Below, piece after piece: positions 10,265 through 18,887 of a stretch of 64,000 bases of DNA. Position 1 is the stretch's first letter. Each line of letters opens with the position of its first letter. Under the pieces are notes generated by a model, which was not told the origin of the DNA, did no database searches, and saw only the letters and a list, made by a program, of their open reading frames with translations. Made by a program: the position numbers and the translations under genes. Source of the stretch: an uncultured Pseudomonadota bacterium (GTDB taxonomy: Bacteria; Desulfobacterota; Binatia; Binatales; Binataceae); the NCBI GenBank assembly GCA_963804355.1, contig CAWDQC010000018.1, forward strand, positions 71,281-135,280, written 5' to 3'.

Positions 10265-11584
10265 TCAGTCGTAGTATTCGAGACCGAGGTGGGTGATGAG
10301 GTCCTCACCGCGCATCCAGCGCAACGTGTTCTTGAGCTTCATCAACTGAATAAAGATGTCGTGCTCGGGGTAAACCTTCGGCGCATGCATCGGCGCCTTG
10401 AAATAGAACGAGAGCCATTCCTGGATCCCCCGCATCCCTGTGCGCTGCGCCAGATCGAGGAACAACACCAGATCGAGCACCAGCGGCGCCGCCAGAATCG
10501 AATCGCGGCACAGGAAGTTGATCTTGATCTGCATCGGCGAGTTGAGCCATCCGAAGATATCGATGTTGTCCCAACCTTCCTTGGCGTCGCCGCGCGGCGG
10601 GTAATAATTAATTTTCACGCTATGGAAGACGTTGCCGTATAGCTGCGGGTAGAGGTTCGGCTGCAGGATCTGATCGAGCACCGACAGCTTGGTCTCTTCC
10701 TTGGACCTGAACGACCCTGGATCGTCGAGAACCTCGCCATCGCGATTGCCCAAAATGTTGGTCGAGTACCACCCCGCTATCCCCAGCATCCGCGCCTTCA
10801 GCCCCGGAGCGATAAGCGTCTTCATGAAGGTCTGCCCGGTTTTGAAGTCCTTGCCGCAGATCGGGACATTGCGCTCGCGCGCGAGTTCGAGCAGCGCCGG
10901 CGTGTCGGTCGTCAGGTTGGGCGCGCCGTTGGCGTACGGGATTCCGAGCTTGAGCGCCGCGTAAGCATAAATCTGGCTCGGCGCGATTCGCGGATCGTTG
11001 TGCGCCAGCCCCGCCTCGAACGCCTCCAGCGTCTGATGCACGTCGGCTGGCCGATGGAATACTTCGGTCGATCCGCACCAGATCATCACCATCCGTGCGA
11101 CGCCGGTGCGCGCCTGGAAACGGCGGATGTCGTCCATGAGCATCTCCGCCTTTTCCATTTTGTTGCGCCCCTCCTTGACGTTGGGGCCGTTGATGCGCCG
11201 AACAAAATCCTGCTCGAAGACGGCTTCCATCGGATTCAGCCGTTCGAGCGGCTCGCGCACCCTCTCCAGCAGCGCCGGATCGATCACGGCCGCCTTGCGC
11301 GCCGCATCGTAGGCGTTGTCCTCGTATAGATCCCAGCCTGCGAATTCGAGGTCCTCGAGACGCGCCAGCGGGACAAAATCCTTGATGAGCGGCGTGCGGC
11401 CCTCGGTGCGCTTGCCGAGTCGCACCGTCGCCAGTTGCGTAAGCGATCCAATTGGGATGCCGAGTCCGCGCTTGACCGCCTCGACACCGGCAATGAACGT
11501 AGTGCTGACCGCGCCCATCCCAGGCAGCAGCACGCCGAGCTTGCCCTCGGCTGGCATGATTCGGACGGGTTCTGTTACAGGCAA
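10265..11584 (-). CDS. ino1: Myo-inositol-1-phosphate synthase
   Basis: GMGAVSTT, WCGSTE, YANGAP, GKDFKTGQT, STNILGNRDG, CRDSILAAPLVLDL. Confidence 0.95.
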   Translation of the reverse strand: MPVTEPVRIMPAEGKLGVLLPGMGAVSTTFIAGVEAVKRGLGIPIGSLTQLATVRLGKRTEGRTPLIKDFVPLARLEDLEFAGWDLYEDNAYDAARKAAVIDPALLERVREPLERLNPMEAVFEQDFVRRINGPNVKEGRNKMEKAEMLMDDIRRFQARTGVARMVMIWCGSTEVFHRPADVHQTLEAFEAGLAHNDPRIAPSQIYAYAALKLGIPYANGAPNLTTDTPALLELARERNVPICGKDFKTGQTFMKTLIAPGLKARMLGIAGWYSTNILGNRDGEVLDDPGSFRSKEETKLSVLDQILQPNLYPQLYGNVFHSVKINYYPPRGDAKEGWDNIDIFGWLNSPMQIKINFLCRDSILAAPLVLDLVLFLDLAQRTGMRGIQEWLSFYFKAPMHAPKVYPEHDIFIQLMKLKNTLRWMRGEDLITHLGLEYYD

Positions 11585-11824
11585 GGGCGATCTCCTCAGC
11601 GCGGCAAATCGCCGATCGGCGCCGAGGCGCGATGCGAAAAGAAGTTGGCAGGAATTTTCATTTTGTATGCTGGTAGCAGGCTTCCATTAAAACCGACAGG
11701 CGCTGAACAGGGGAAACGTCCCGGTCGTTGCTCCACCACCTGACCGGCTAGGTTACCGGCGCACGAGGTCGGGATAAAGCCGGAGCCGAGCGAGAGTCAC
11801 CACGGTAAGTCGCGAGGTTCGACC

Positions 11825-12349
11825 TTAGGACTTTGAGCGGCATTCGGCGCACAAGCCATAGAATTCCAGCTTATGGCGCAGCAAGGTGACCCCCAGCTTG
11901 CGCGCGACCGTCTCCTGGATCCGCTCGAGTGCGTCGTCCTCGAATTCGATGATTTTGCTGCAGTTCTCGCAGATGAAGTGGTCGTGATGCTGCTCGCCGG
12001 CCACCTCGTAGCGCGCCTGCCCCTCGTCGAAATGGCGTTCCGAGAGGAGCCCGCAATCCTTCAGCAGCTTCAGCGTGCGATAAATGGTCGCATAGCCGAC
12101 GTGCGGGTTGATCTTTTTGACTTCAGCATAGAGTTCTTCGGCGCTGATATGACGGCGCAGTTCGAAGAAGACGCGGGCAATATCGTCGCGCGGCGCCGTC
12201 GATTTGAGCCCTCGCTCACGCAGCCGCGAATGGAACAACTCCATCCGGGTCTGCGCCTTGTTCCGGCTCGGACGCTCAGGGGGCGGCTCTACCGCCACAA
12301 TAGTAGCGACTTCGCGTGCCATCGCGGCTATCCCGTCGCCTGTTCGCAA
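11825..12349 (-). CDS. fur: Fur family transcriptional repressor
   Basis: HISAEELY, VGYATIYRTL, HHDHFICENC, GLCAEC; true start may be downstream. Confidence 0.92.
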   Translation of the reverse strand: MRTGDGIAAMAREVATIVAVEPPPERPSRNKAQTRMELFHSRLRERGLKSTAPRDDIARVFFELRRHISAEELYAEVKKINPHVGYATIYRTLKLLKDCGLLSERHFDEGQARYEVAGEQHHDHFICENCSKIIEFEDDALERIQETVARKLGVTLLRHKLEFYGLCAECRSKS

Positions 12350-12450
12350 GAACGAATCATTGACCCTTGTCTAACGGCCCGACTGGTCTCCCATCTTCGC
12401 ACTCGTCGCAAATGACGCAAGCGGGGGATCGCATCCCCACGAGCCGGATT

Positions 12451-12738
12451 CTAGCTCGGGCCCGCCTGCAATACCCGGCGTGCTGCCGGCGACAGGTAAA
12501 TCTCCTCGAGATTCTGCTCGCGCAGCGCCTCCGCCAGCACTTCGATCTGATCGGCCGGTGGCATCTCCCGGTCAAGGATAATCAGGTTCTTTTCGCGTAA
12601 ACGGCATGCCCCGCCGCGCGCCCGATAGCCGACTTCGCGTAAGATTCGCTCGCGGCGAACCTCCAACCCAATCCGCTTGGCCGCCTCGGCCAACTCATCC
12701 GCCAGCCGCAATAGTCGCGTTCCCTTGTTATCGCTCAT
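12451..12738 (-). CDS. Hypothetical protein (95 aa)
   Basis: Protein-like composition (GLEVRRE, GGACRLREKNLIILDR, IYLSPAAR), same strand as and upstream of fur. Confidence 0.65.
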   Translation of the reverse strand: MSDNKGTRLLRLADELAEAAKRIGLEVRRERILREVGYRARGGACRLREKNLIILDREMPPADQIEVLAEALREQNLEEIYLSPAARRVLQAGPS

Positions 12739-12808
12739 CGAAACCCGCCAAACTCACCCTTGAGGCTCCAGCCCTGGAGTGCTATCGCGGAAATTGGGGA
12801 CCGCGCCG

Positions 12809-13645
12809 ATGATCAAACGGATCCTGGTCGGCATCGATACATCCGAACATTCCCGGGTAGCGCAGAGCTATGCCTTCTATCTCTCGCGCCGTTTCGGCGC
12901 CAGCCTGATTGGCCTCCACGTCGTTGATATCGTTTCGATCGAAGGCTCCTTCTTCCATGATATCTCAGGCTCGCTCGGACTTGAACCCTACCTGGATTAT
13001 TCCTCCAAGATGCGCGAGGTGCTAACCGCGCGCGGACGCATGATTCTTGACGAGTTTGCGCAAGCTGCGAAACGCGAAGGCGTGGCTATCGAGACGGCGC
13101 TGGAGATCGGAATCGTCGCCAACCAGCTTTGTGAACGCGCCAAGAGTGCCGACATCTCGATGATCGGGCATCGGGGCGTCAACGAGCGCTTTTCAACCGG
13201 CCTGCTCGGCTCGACCGCCGAGAGCGTTGCGCGCAAATGTCCGCGTCCGCTGTTCGTTTCGCCCCGCGTGTTCCGCGAAATTCGCCGCCCCGTGCTGGCC
13301 TACGACGGCAGCCAGCGGGCGGCCCGTGCGATGCGCGCGGCGGCCGAGATCAGCGCCCTGCTCGAGGTCCCTCTCGCGGTGATTACCGTGGCCCGCGATC
13401 CCAAGCTGGGCGAAAAGGTCCTCGACGAGGCGCGCTCCTATCTCGAGTCCCATCGGATTACCACCGAGTTTCGGCTCATTGCCGGCAATGCCCACGAGGA
13501 AATAATCGCCTTCCTCAAAAAATACGCCGCCGACCTGCTTTTCATCGGCGCTTACGGCCACAGCCGGATTATCGAGATGGTCCTGGGTTCGAACACCGAG
13601 TATGTGATGCGCAACGCCGAGTGCCCCTTGTTCCTTTCGCGCTAG
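12809..13645 (+). CDS. Universal stress protein (tandem Usp domains)
   Basis: IKRILVGIDTS, LLGSTAESVAR, LAYDGS, GAYGHSRI..LGSNTE. Confidence 0.92.
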   Translation: MIKRILVGIDTSEHSRVAQSYAFYLSRRFGASLIGLHVVDIVSIEGSFFHDISGSLGLEPYLDYSSKMREVLTARGRMILDEFAQAAKREGVAIETALEIGIVANQLCERAKSADISMIGHRGVNERFSTGLLGSTAESVARKCPRPLFVSPRVFREIRRPVLAYDGSQRAARAMRAAAEISALLEVPLAVITVARDPKLGEKVLDEARSYLESHRITTEFRLIAGNAHEEIIAFLKKYAADLLFIGAYGHSRIIEMVLGSNTEYVMRNAECPLFLSR

Positions 13646-13674
13646 GGACCCTTCCGCTGCGAGTGTCTTCGAAG

Positions 13675-14360
13675 ATGAAAAATGTGCTGACCAAAGCTCT
13701 TTTAGCCGGCGTCGCGGAAATGGCGCTGTTTGCCGTCCTCCTCTTTGCCTCGGCGGGCACTATTCGATGGATCGGCGCGTGGGTCTTCATCGTGATCATG
13801 CTCGCGCTCATCGTCATCGTCAGCCTGATGCTCGCGAAGCACGATCCCGATCTTTTGAAGGAGCGGCTCGCGATGCCCCTCCAGAGCGGCCAAAAAGGCT
13901 GGGACAAAATCCTGATGGTGGCGCTGCTGGTCTTGTTTATCGCCTGGATGCCACTGATGGGTCTGGACGCGATACGCTACCAATGGTCGCACATTCGATC
14001 TGGCTCCAATTTGCGGGAGCGACCGGCCTCATCATCTCCTTTTACTTTTGTTACCTGGTTTTCGGTGAAAACTCCTACCTGTTGCCGGTGGTGAGAATTC
14101 AGGAAGATCGCGGCCAGCATGTGGTCAGTTCCGGCCCGTATCGCTTCGTGCGGCATCCCCTCTACGCCAGCTCGTTGATCTTACTGCCATCGATAGCATT
14201 GCTGCTGGGCTCGGGATGGGGACTCGTGTGGTCGGTCCTCCTGGCTGCGCTGATCGTGATACGGACCGACCTCGAAGATGCCACCCTCGCGAAAGAATTG
14301 GCGGGTTATGCCGACTACGCGACCAAGGTTCGCTACCGCCTCATTCCGGGAGTCTGGTAG
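13675..14360 (+). CDS. Isoprenylcysteine carboxyl methyltransferase family membrane protein, frameshift near 13990
   Basis: Hydrophobic N-half (DPDLLKER); C-half VVSSGPYRFVRHPLY, ED..L..EL.GY.DY...VRYRLIPGVW. Confidence 0.88.
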
Positions 14361-14393
14361 ACGCAAGTCACCGCCGGGTGCACTATTTCACCC

Positions 14394-15005
14394 TTGACGA
14401 TGGAGCCGATCATCATCCCGATCTATTTCGATTACGCCTCGACGCTCTGTTACGTCGCCTGGCGAATCGTCCGCGAACTCGAAGCCGAGATGGGATTCCA
14501 GGCGCTATGGAAAGGCGTTCCGATCCGGTTGCGCGACAATCATTCGCGCCCCGGCAACACCCTCGGCCCCGTCGAGCGGATGAAGGTGATGAACGTGATC
14601 GCGGAGACCGGAATCCAGGTCGTGCCGCCGGAACAATGGATCGATTCCGGCATTGCCCTGATGGGCTCCGAGTTGGCGCGCGACGCCGGGAAGTTCGCCC
14701 CATACCATGAGGGGATTTTTCGCGCGGCCTTTGAAGATCGGCGCGATATCTCGGATGTCGCGATCGTCGCCGCAATCTCGGCCATTGCCGGAATCGATCG
14801 CGCCCGCTTCGAAAACGATCTGCGGGCGCGGGTCACCCAATCGCGCATCGACGCCAATAAAGAAGAAGCCGACCGTTTCTCCGCGCTCGGCTATCCCACC
14901 TTCATTCTCGGCGATTTTCCACTGACCGGAATCCAGCCGAAGGATACGATGCGGCTGTTGCTGCGCCGCTTCATGGATCAGCGCCAGCGCAACCCCGCAA
15001 ACTAA
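14394..15005 (+). CDS. DsbA/FrnE-like thioredoxin-fold protein
   Basis: IYFDYASTLCY at the CxxC position; GYPTFILG (cis-Pro loop); GIQP. Confidence 0.8.
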   Translation: MTMEPIIIPIYFDYASTLCYVAWRIVRELEAEMGFQALWKGVPIRLRDNHSRPGNTLGPVERMKVMNVIAETGIQVVPPEQWIDSGIALMGSELARDAGKFAPYHEGIFRAAFEDRRDISDVAIVAAISAIAGIDRARFENDLRARVTQSRIDANKEEADRFSALGYPTFILGDFPLTGIQPKDTMRLLLRRFMDQRQRNPAN

Positions 15006-15095
15006 GCTTCGGTTCCGGCGCCTACGCCACGCATTGCAACCGCCCCGCCCCCAGCGGTGAGGTAAGCTTGGTAGACGCGATTTGAGGAGGCAGGA

Positions 15096-15275
15096 CTAAG
15101 GGCCAAGCCCGTTATCCTGAAGATAATTCTCTACATCGTTGTCAGAAGGCGTCGGTTTGAGAGTCTTTGCATATGACTTGATGGCTTTGCGCTTCTGTTC
15201 TCTAGATAACGGCGGATCAATTCTGTCCAGGTCGTTCTTGACGCCATCGAGACTATTGCGATCCGAAGCATGCAT
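15096..15275 (-). CDS. Small orphan ORF, 59 aa (not in ORF track)
   Basis: Hand translation MHASDRNSLDGVKNDLDRIDPPLSREQKRKAIKSYAKTLKPTPSDNDVENYLQDNGLGP*; starts 13 nt after the stop of the upstream ORF. Confidence 0.5.
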   Translation of the reverse strand: MHASDRNSLDGVKNDLDRIDPPLSREQKRKAIKSYAKTLKPTPSDNDVENYLQDNGLGP

Positions 15276-15288
15276 TTACATGCTGGAT

Positions 15289-15507
15289 TTACCCGATCTG
15301 CTCTTTGTGTAGCCGGTCGATAAATTCTTTGGTTAGATCAGCACCAACGATGCTCGGCAAATGTTCCTTTTCCCAGTGACGTGAAGCCTCGTCAATCGCT
15401 CGACGAATTACCTCTCTCGCGTTTTCTCGTTGGTCTATTGCAAGAGTGTTTAGCAGCTCCAGCTCGATTGCGCGGTCTCTCAATTGCAGCGCGTCGGCGT
15501 AATTCAT
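15289..15507 (-). CDS. Small orphan ORF, 72 aa, helical
   Basis: ORF track; AAGGA SD-like sequence upstream; low-GC region. Confidence 0.55.
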   Translation of the reverse strand: MNYADALQLRDRAIELELLNTLAIDQRENAREVIRRAIDEASRHWEKEHLPSIVGADLTKEFIDRLHKEQIG

Positions 15508-15746
15508 CGTTCAATCCTTGTTCGCAGCCCAAAGCTATAAAAACGTCCCCACCACCCCTCCAATAAGAGTATAGGCGAGGGCAAATCGAATCGATGTAGC
15601 AATAGAAACTCGAGTTTGTCTCTCAAGGGCGCGTTTTCATTCCTTCGATCAGTCGAGAGTCAACGAACGCAAATTCCGCGTTCGCATGGGGCGACCCGAT
15701 CCTTTCGGCAGGACATCGGCGAGCGCGTCGTGGTAAGCTCGCGCGC

Positions 15747-15911
15747 ATGGAAAACCATAACGCCAAACCTGAAGACTTATCGCCATTGGAGCGTTTCGAG
15801 CGGTTTGCCCGTGCAATTATCATCGCTGTTCCTAAGTCTGGAGCGGTTAAGGAAGAGCCAGAATATCAACAGAATCAAGTACTCTCGCTCCGCCAAACAA
15901 AGCGAACCTGA
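15747..15911 (+). CDS. Small orphan ORF, 54 aa (not in ORF track)
   Basis: Hand translation MENHNAKPEDLSPLERFERFARAIIIAVPKSGAVKEEPEYQQNQVLSLRQTKRT*; TGA overlaps the next ATG (TGATG). Confidence 0.4.
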   Translation: MENHNAKPEDLSPLERFERFARAIIIAVPKSGAVKEEPEYQQNQVLSLRQTKRT

Positions 15912-16288
15912 TGAGGGAGGAGGGCAAAACGATATTCCAACGGGTCGCGAGCACAATGAAATCCGGAGCGACCATTCCAGGGACCAACTATGTTGTCAAA
16001 GGGCTAGGCAAGAGAAGAGGACAAGACGCCTTGGTTTATCAAATTCGGAATAGCCATAAGCCAACGAAGCCATCGGAAAAAGGTGTCAATGAATCCGAAT
16101 GGCAGAAGGCAGACGACCGGTTAATGCAGAATGGCGATTTTAGTCGCAAGTGGTTTGAGACAGAGATGAAGGATTGCGCTGACGGGCAACCAGTGAGGAA
16201 CTTCGCTGCGATAGGCAAAACATTCGTCTCGCTAGGTTTGGCGGAGTACGAAGACGGCAGCGGTACGTACACTCGACGCAACGGTTAG
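15911..16288 (+). CDS. Hypothetical protein, 125 aa
   Basis: Globular-looking sequence (KGLGKRRGQDALVYQI, EKGVNESEW, FSRKWF) in a low-GC islet. Confidence 0.6.
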   Translation: MREEGKTIFQRVASTMKSGATIPGTNYVVKGLGKRRGQDALVYQIRNSHKPTKPSEKGVNESEWQKADDRLMQNGDFSRKWFETEMKDCADGQPVRNFAAIGKTFVSLGLAEYEDGSGTYTRRNG

Positions 16289-16596
16289 AGACGAACAATG
16301 CCGTACAATCGTCTATCGCGTTAGGGAACGCCTGATTCTCTGGCGCGATGCACGCGACTCGTCTCGACCTCGATAGCCAGCAATGAATCGTCCTTCCGGC
16401 CTTCACACGCGAGGCCCCCTGCGGTACCGCCGCAAAGGCGCTACAGTCGGTCGAATTTAATATTGACGTCTGCCTAGGAGCGGCCGCAGAACTGTAATCA
16501 AGCTGGTCAAACAAGCATTTGAGTGCCCAAATTGGGACACTAATCCGAGGGCGGGAGTGCCTTGCGTGGCTGCAAGCTAGCCCGCATGCTTGGCGG

Positions 16597-17140
16597 ATGG
16601 ATTCCACGCGTCGTCCCGTCCTCAAACTCGGCATCGTCGACGTTGGCGTTGAAAATGTCTCCCTTCCCAACGGTGTAACGGTCGATCTAGCCGTCATCCG
16701 TCATCCGGGCGCAGCCGCGATCGTCGCTCTCGATACCGATGGAACTATCGCGATGCTCAAGCAGTATCGACACGCAGTCGGCGGTTGGATTCGCGAAATC
16801 CCCGCAGGAGTGCCGCAACGGCGACGAGCCGGCCGCCGAATGCGCCCGGCGTGAATTGCGCGAAGAAGCCGGGCTAGTCGCGACGCGCTGGGACCGGCTG
16901 GAGATCGTTACGATTCCGAGTTTTTGCGACGAACGGATAGATTTATTTCTCGCGCGCGACCTCGCTGCGGCGCCGCGCGAACTCGATCACGACGAGGTGA
17001 TTGTCGTCGAACGCGTCAAGTTTGACGACGCCCTCGCGATGGTGCGCAGCGGCGAGATCATCGATGCTAAAACCATCGTCGCGCTGCATCACGCCCAAGC
17101 TATGCTCCGCGACGGCGATCTTCGCGTCACGAACAGTTGA
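16597..17140 (+). CDS. NUDIX hydrolase (ADP-ribose pyrophosphatase-like), frameshift near 16810
   Basis: IRHPGAAAIV, QYRHAVGGWIREIPAG, then ARRELREEAG Nudix box and GEIIDAKT. Confidence 0.88.
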
Positions 17141-18152
17141 CGATAATCTTTCCGTAGCTGCCACGGTCGGCGGCCAGAGCCTCGAACGCTTTCTGGATAT
17201 CGTCCAGCTCGTAGCGCGCCGAGATCAGCGGACGCACGTCGAGCTTGCGGCTCGCCACCAGGTTGACCGATCGCGCGAAGTCGACATGGTCGGCCCAATA
17301 GCTCGCGATCAGGTCGATCTCGTTGGCGACGAGACGATTCGCGCGCAGTTCGAGCTTCCGTCCTTCGTATACGGCGACCATCACGATTCGCCCTTGCTTG
17401 CGCACCAGATGCTGCGCCTGGTTGAAGGCCGAGGCATTCCCCGACGCTTCGAAGACGATGTCGGCGCCGCGCGACTCCGTCAGCTCCATCACCGGACCAT
17501 CGATCTCGCTGGATGGATCCAACGCGAGGTCGGCGCCCATCTTCAGGGCCAATTCGCGCCGGCCGGCGCCCGGTTCGACGACTATTATCTGATCGGCGCC
17601 GCCAAGCCGCGCGAGCGCCGTCACCAGTAGCCCGATCGGACCGGCCCCCATCACAATTACGTGTTGCCCGACCGTCAGTCCCGATCGCCGAATCGCGTGA
17701 CAGGCGACCGACGAAGGTTCCATCAGCGCCACTTCTTCTTTGGGCGTGGCGGCGGGTACCAGGAACATCTGACGGGCCGGCGCGGTGATATATTCCGCGA
17801 AGGAACCGTTGCGCTCCGCGACCGCCATCGCTCGCATGTCGCACAACGTATAAATGCCGCGGCGGCAGTACTCGCAATTGCCGCAACCCGCGTAAATAAT
17901 TCCTACGGCCTTATCCCCTTCTTCGAACCCGCGGACCTCGGATCCGACCTCGACGATTTCTCCGCAGAATTCATGGCCAAGCACTGCGGGCATCGGCAAC
18001 GCGAGCGGCCCCGCGACGAATTCGTGCAGGTCGCTACCACAGATTCCACTCACCTGAACGCGAAGGCGCAGGTCAGAGGGTTTGAGCGATGGATCGGGGT
18101 ACTTGCGGTCGATTTCGATTCGGCCGCGTGCTTTCAGGACTGCTGCGCGCAT
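17127..18152 (-). CDS. Zn-dependent medium-chain alcohol dehydrogenase (butanediol/threonine DH-like)
   Basis: GICGSDLH, GHEFCG, CGNCEYC..C structural Zn site, GAGPIG. Confidence 0.92.
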   Translation of the reverse strand: MRAAVLKARGRIEIDRKYPDPSLKPSDLRLRVQVSGICGSDLHEFVAGPLALPMPAVLGHEFCGEIVEVGSEVRGFEEGDKAVGIIYAGCGNCEYCRRGIYTLCDMRAMAVAERNGSFAEYITAPARQMFLVPAATPKEEVALMEPSSVACHAIRRSGLTVGQHVIVMGAGPIGLLVTALARLGGADQIIVVEPGAGRRELALKMGADLALDPSSEIDGPVMELTESRGADIVFEASGNASAFNQAQHLVRKQGRIVMVAVYEGRKLELRANRLVANEIDLIASYWADHVDFARSVNLVASRKLDVRPLISARYELDDIQKAFEALAADRGSYGKIIVNCS

Positions 18153-18352
18153 TATGACGACTCCGGACGATTCGGCAGATTCGCCCGAATGATAGCAGGA
18201 TGATGCGGGATCGACACGGCTTGCGCGGCGCCGTTGCCGATTTCAAGAGGAATAAGGGATTATTCGCGATTTTTCCGAGGCGCAACCAGCCACCGTGGTC
18301 AGCTATCTCATGCGCTAAACACGGAATGCTGGTTGGCGGGCAGCGTAGAGCG

Positions 18353-18556
18353 CTATTCGATATTCACTTCATCCGGGAAGAGGAACGTCGTGCTGCCATC
18401 CTCAAATTGAACCAAAAACATGCGTCGACCCAGATTGTCTATCAGCCGCAGGATTCGTGGCTTTTCGCTGAAGCGCGTACGACCTTGTTGGTCTCTTACA
18501 GGACGAAGTAAATTGCAATGCCGCCCCACAACCGCATCCACATTGATTGTTTCCAT
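18353..18556 (-). CDS. Small hypothetical protein, 67 aa, beta-rich
   Basis: ATG with GGAG SD; RMFLVQFEDGSTTFLFPDEV beta-hairpin pattern. Confidence 0.6.
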   Translation of the reverse strand: METINVDAVVGRHCNLLRPVRDQQGRTRFSEKPRILRLIDNLGRRMFLVQFEDGSTTFLFPDEVNIE

Positions 18557-18887
18557 ATTATCTCCGCGTCAGAGACTCTCAGTTACACCCAGCTAACCTC
18601 CGCTACCTACCCATTCAGTCTAGCAAATCGCAGGCCTGATGTAATATAGCTTTTGGTTGGCTAAGGTTACGTATCTTCTCTTATATTAATCGATGCCAAG
18701 ACGTGCCACAAGACTTCTAAAGCACCTTCAACGTCTTTTGCATTCTGCGAGAGTTCGCCATCACTAATGCAAAGGGTTGATCTGACACGCAATTCGGGGC
18801 AGGTAGAAGAACCGGCGTAAATCGTAGGAAGCATAGAAAAAACGCTTCATTTCACGACATTTTTTGGACGGCAAAGGTTGGACACTT

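Noticed and set aside
11645-11665. Fur box upstream of ino1
   Set aside because: Only one half-site (ATTTTCA) resembles the 7-1-7 consensus
11720-11748. SRP RNA-like hairpin (CCGGTC...GACCGG)
   Set aside because: Lacks the conserved helix-8 CAGG-CC-GGAA-GG-AGCAG arrangement
18693-18708. Sigma-54 promoter on the minus strand (TGGCACGTCTTGGCAT)
   Set aside because: GG-to-GC spacing is one base short of the strict -24/-12 rule; only viable if a base was lost in sequencing
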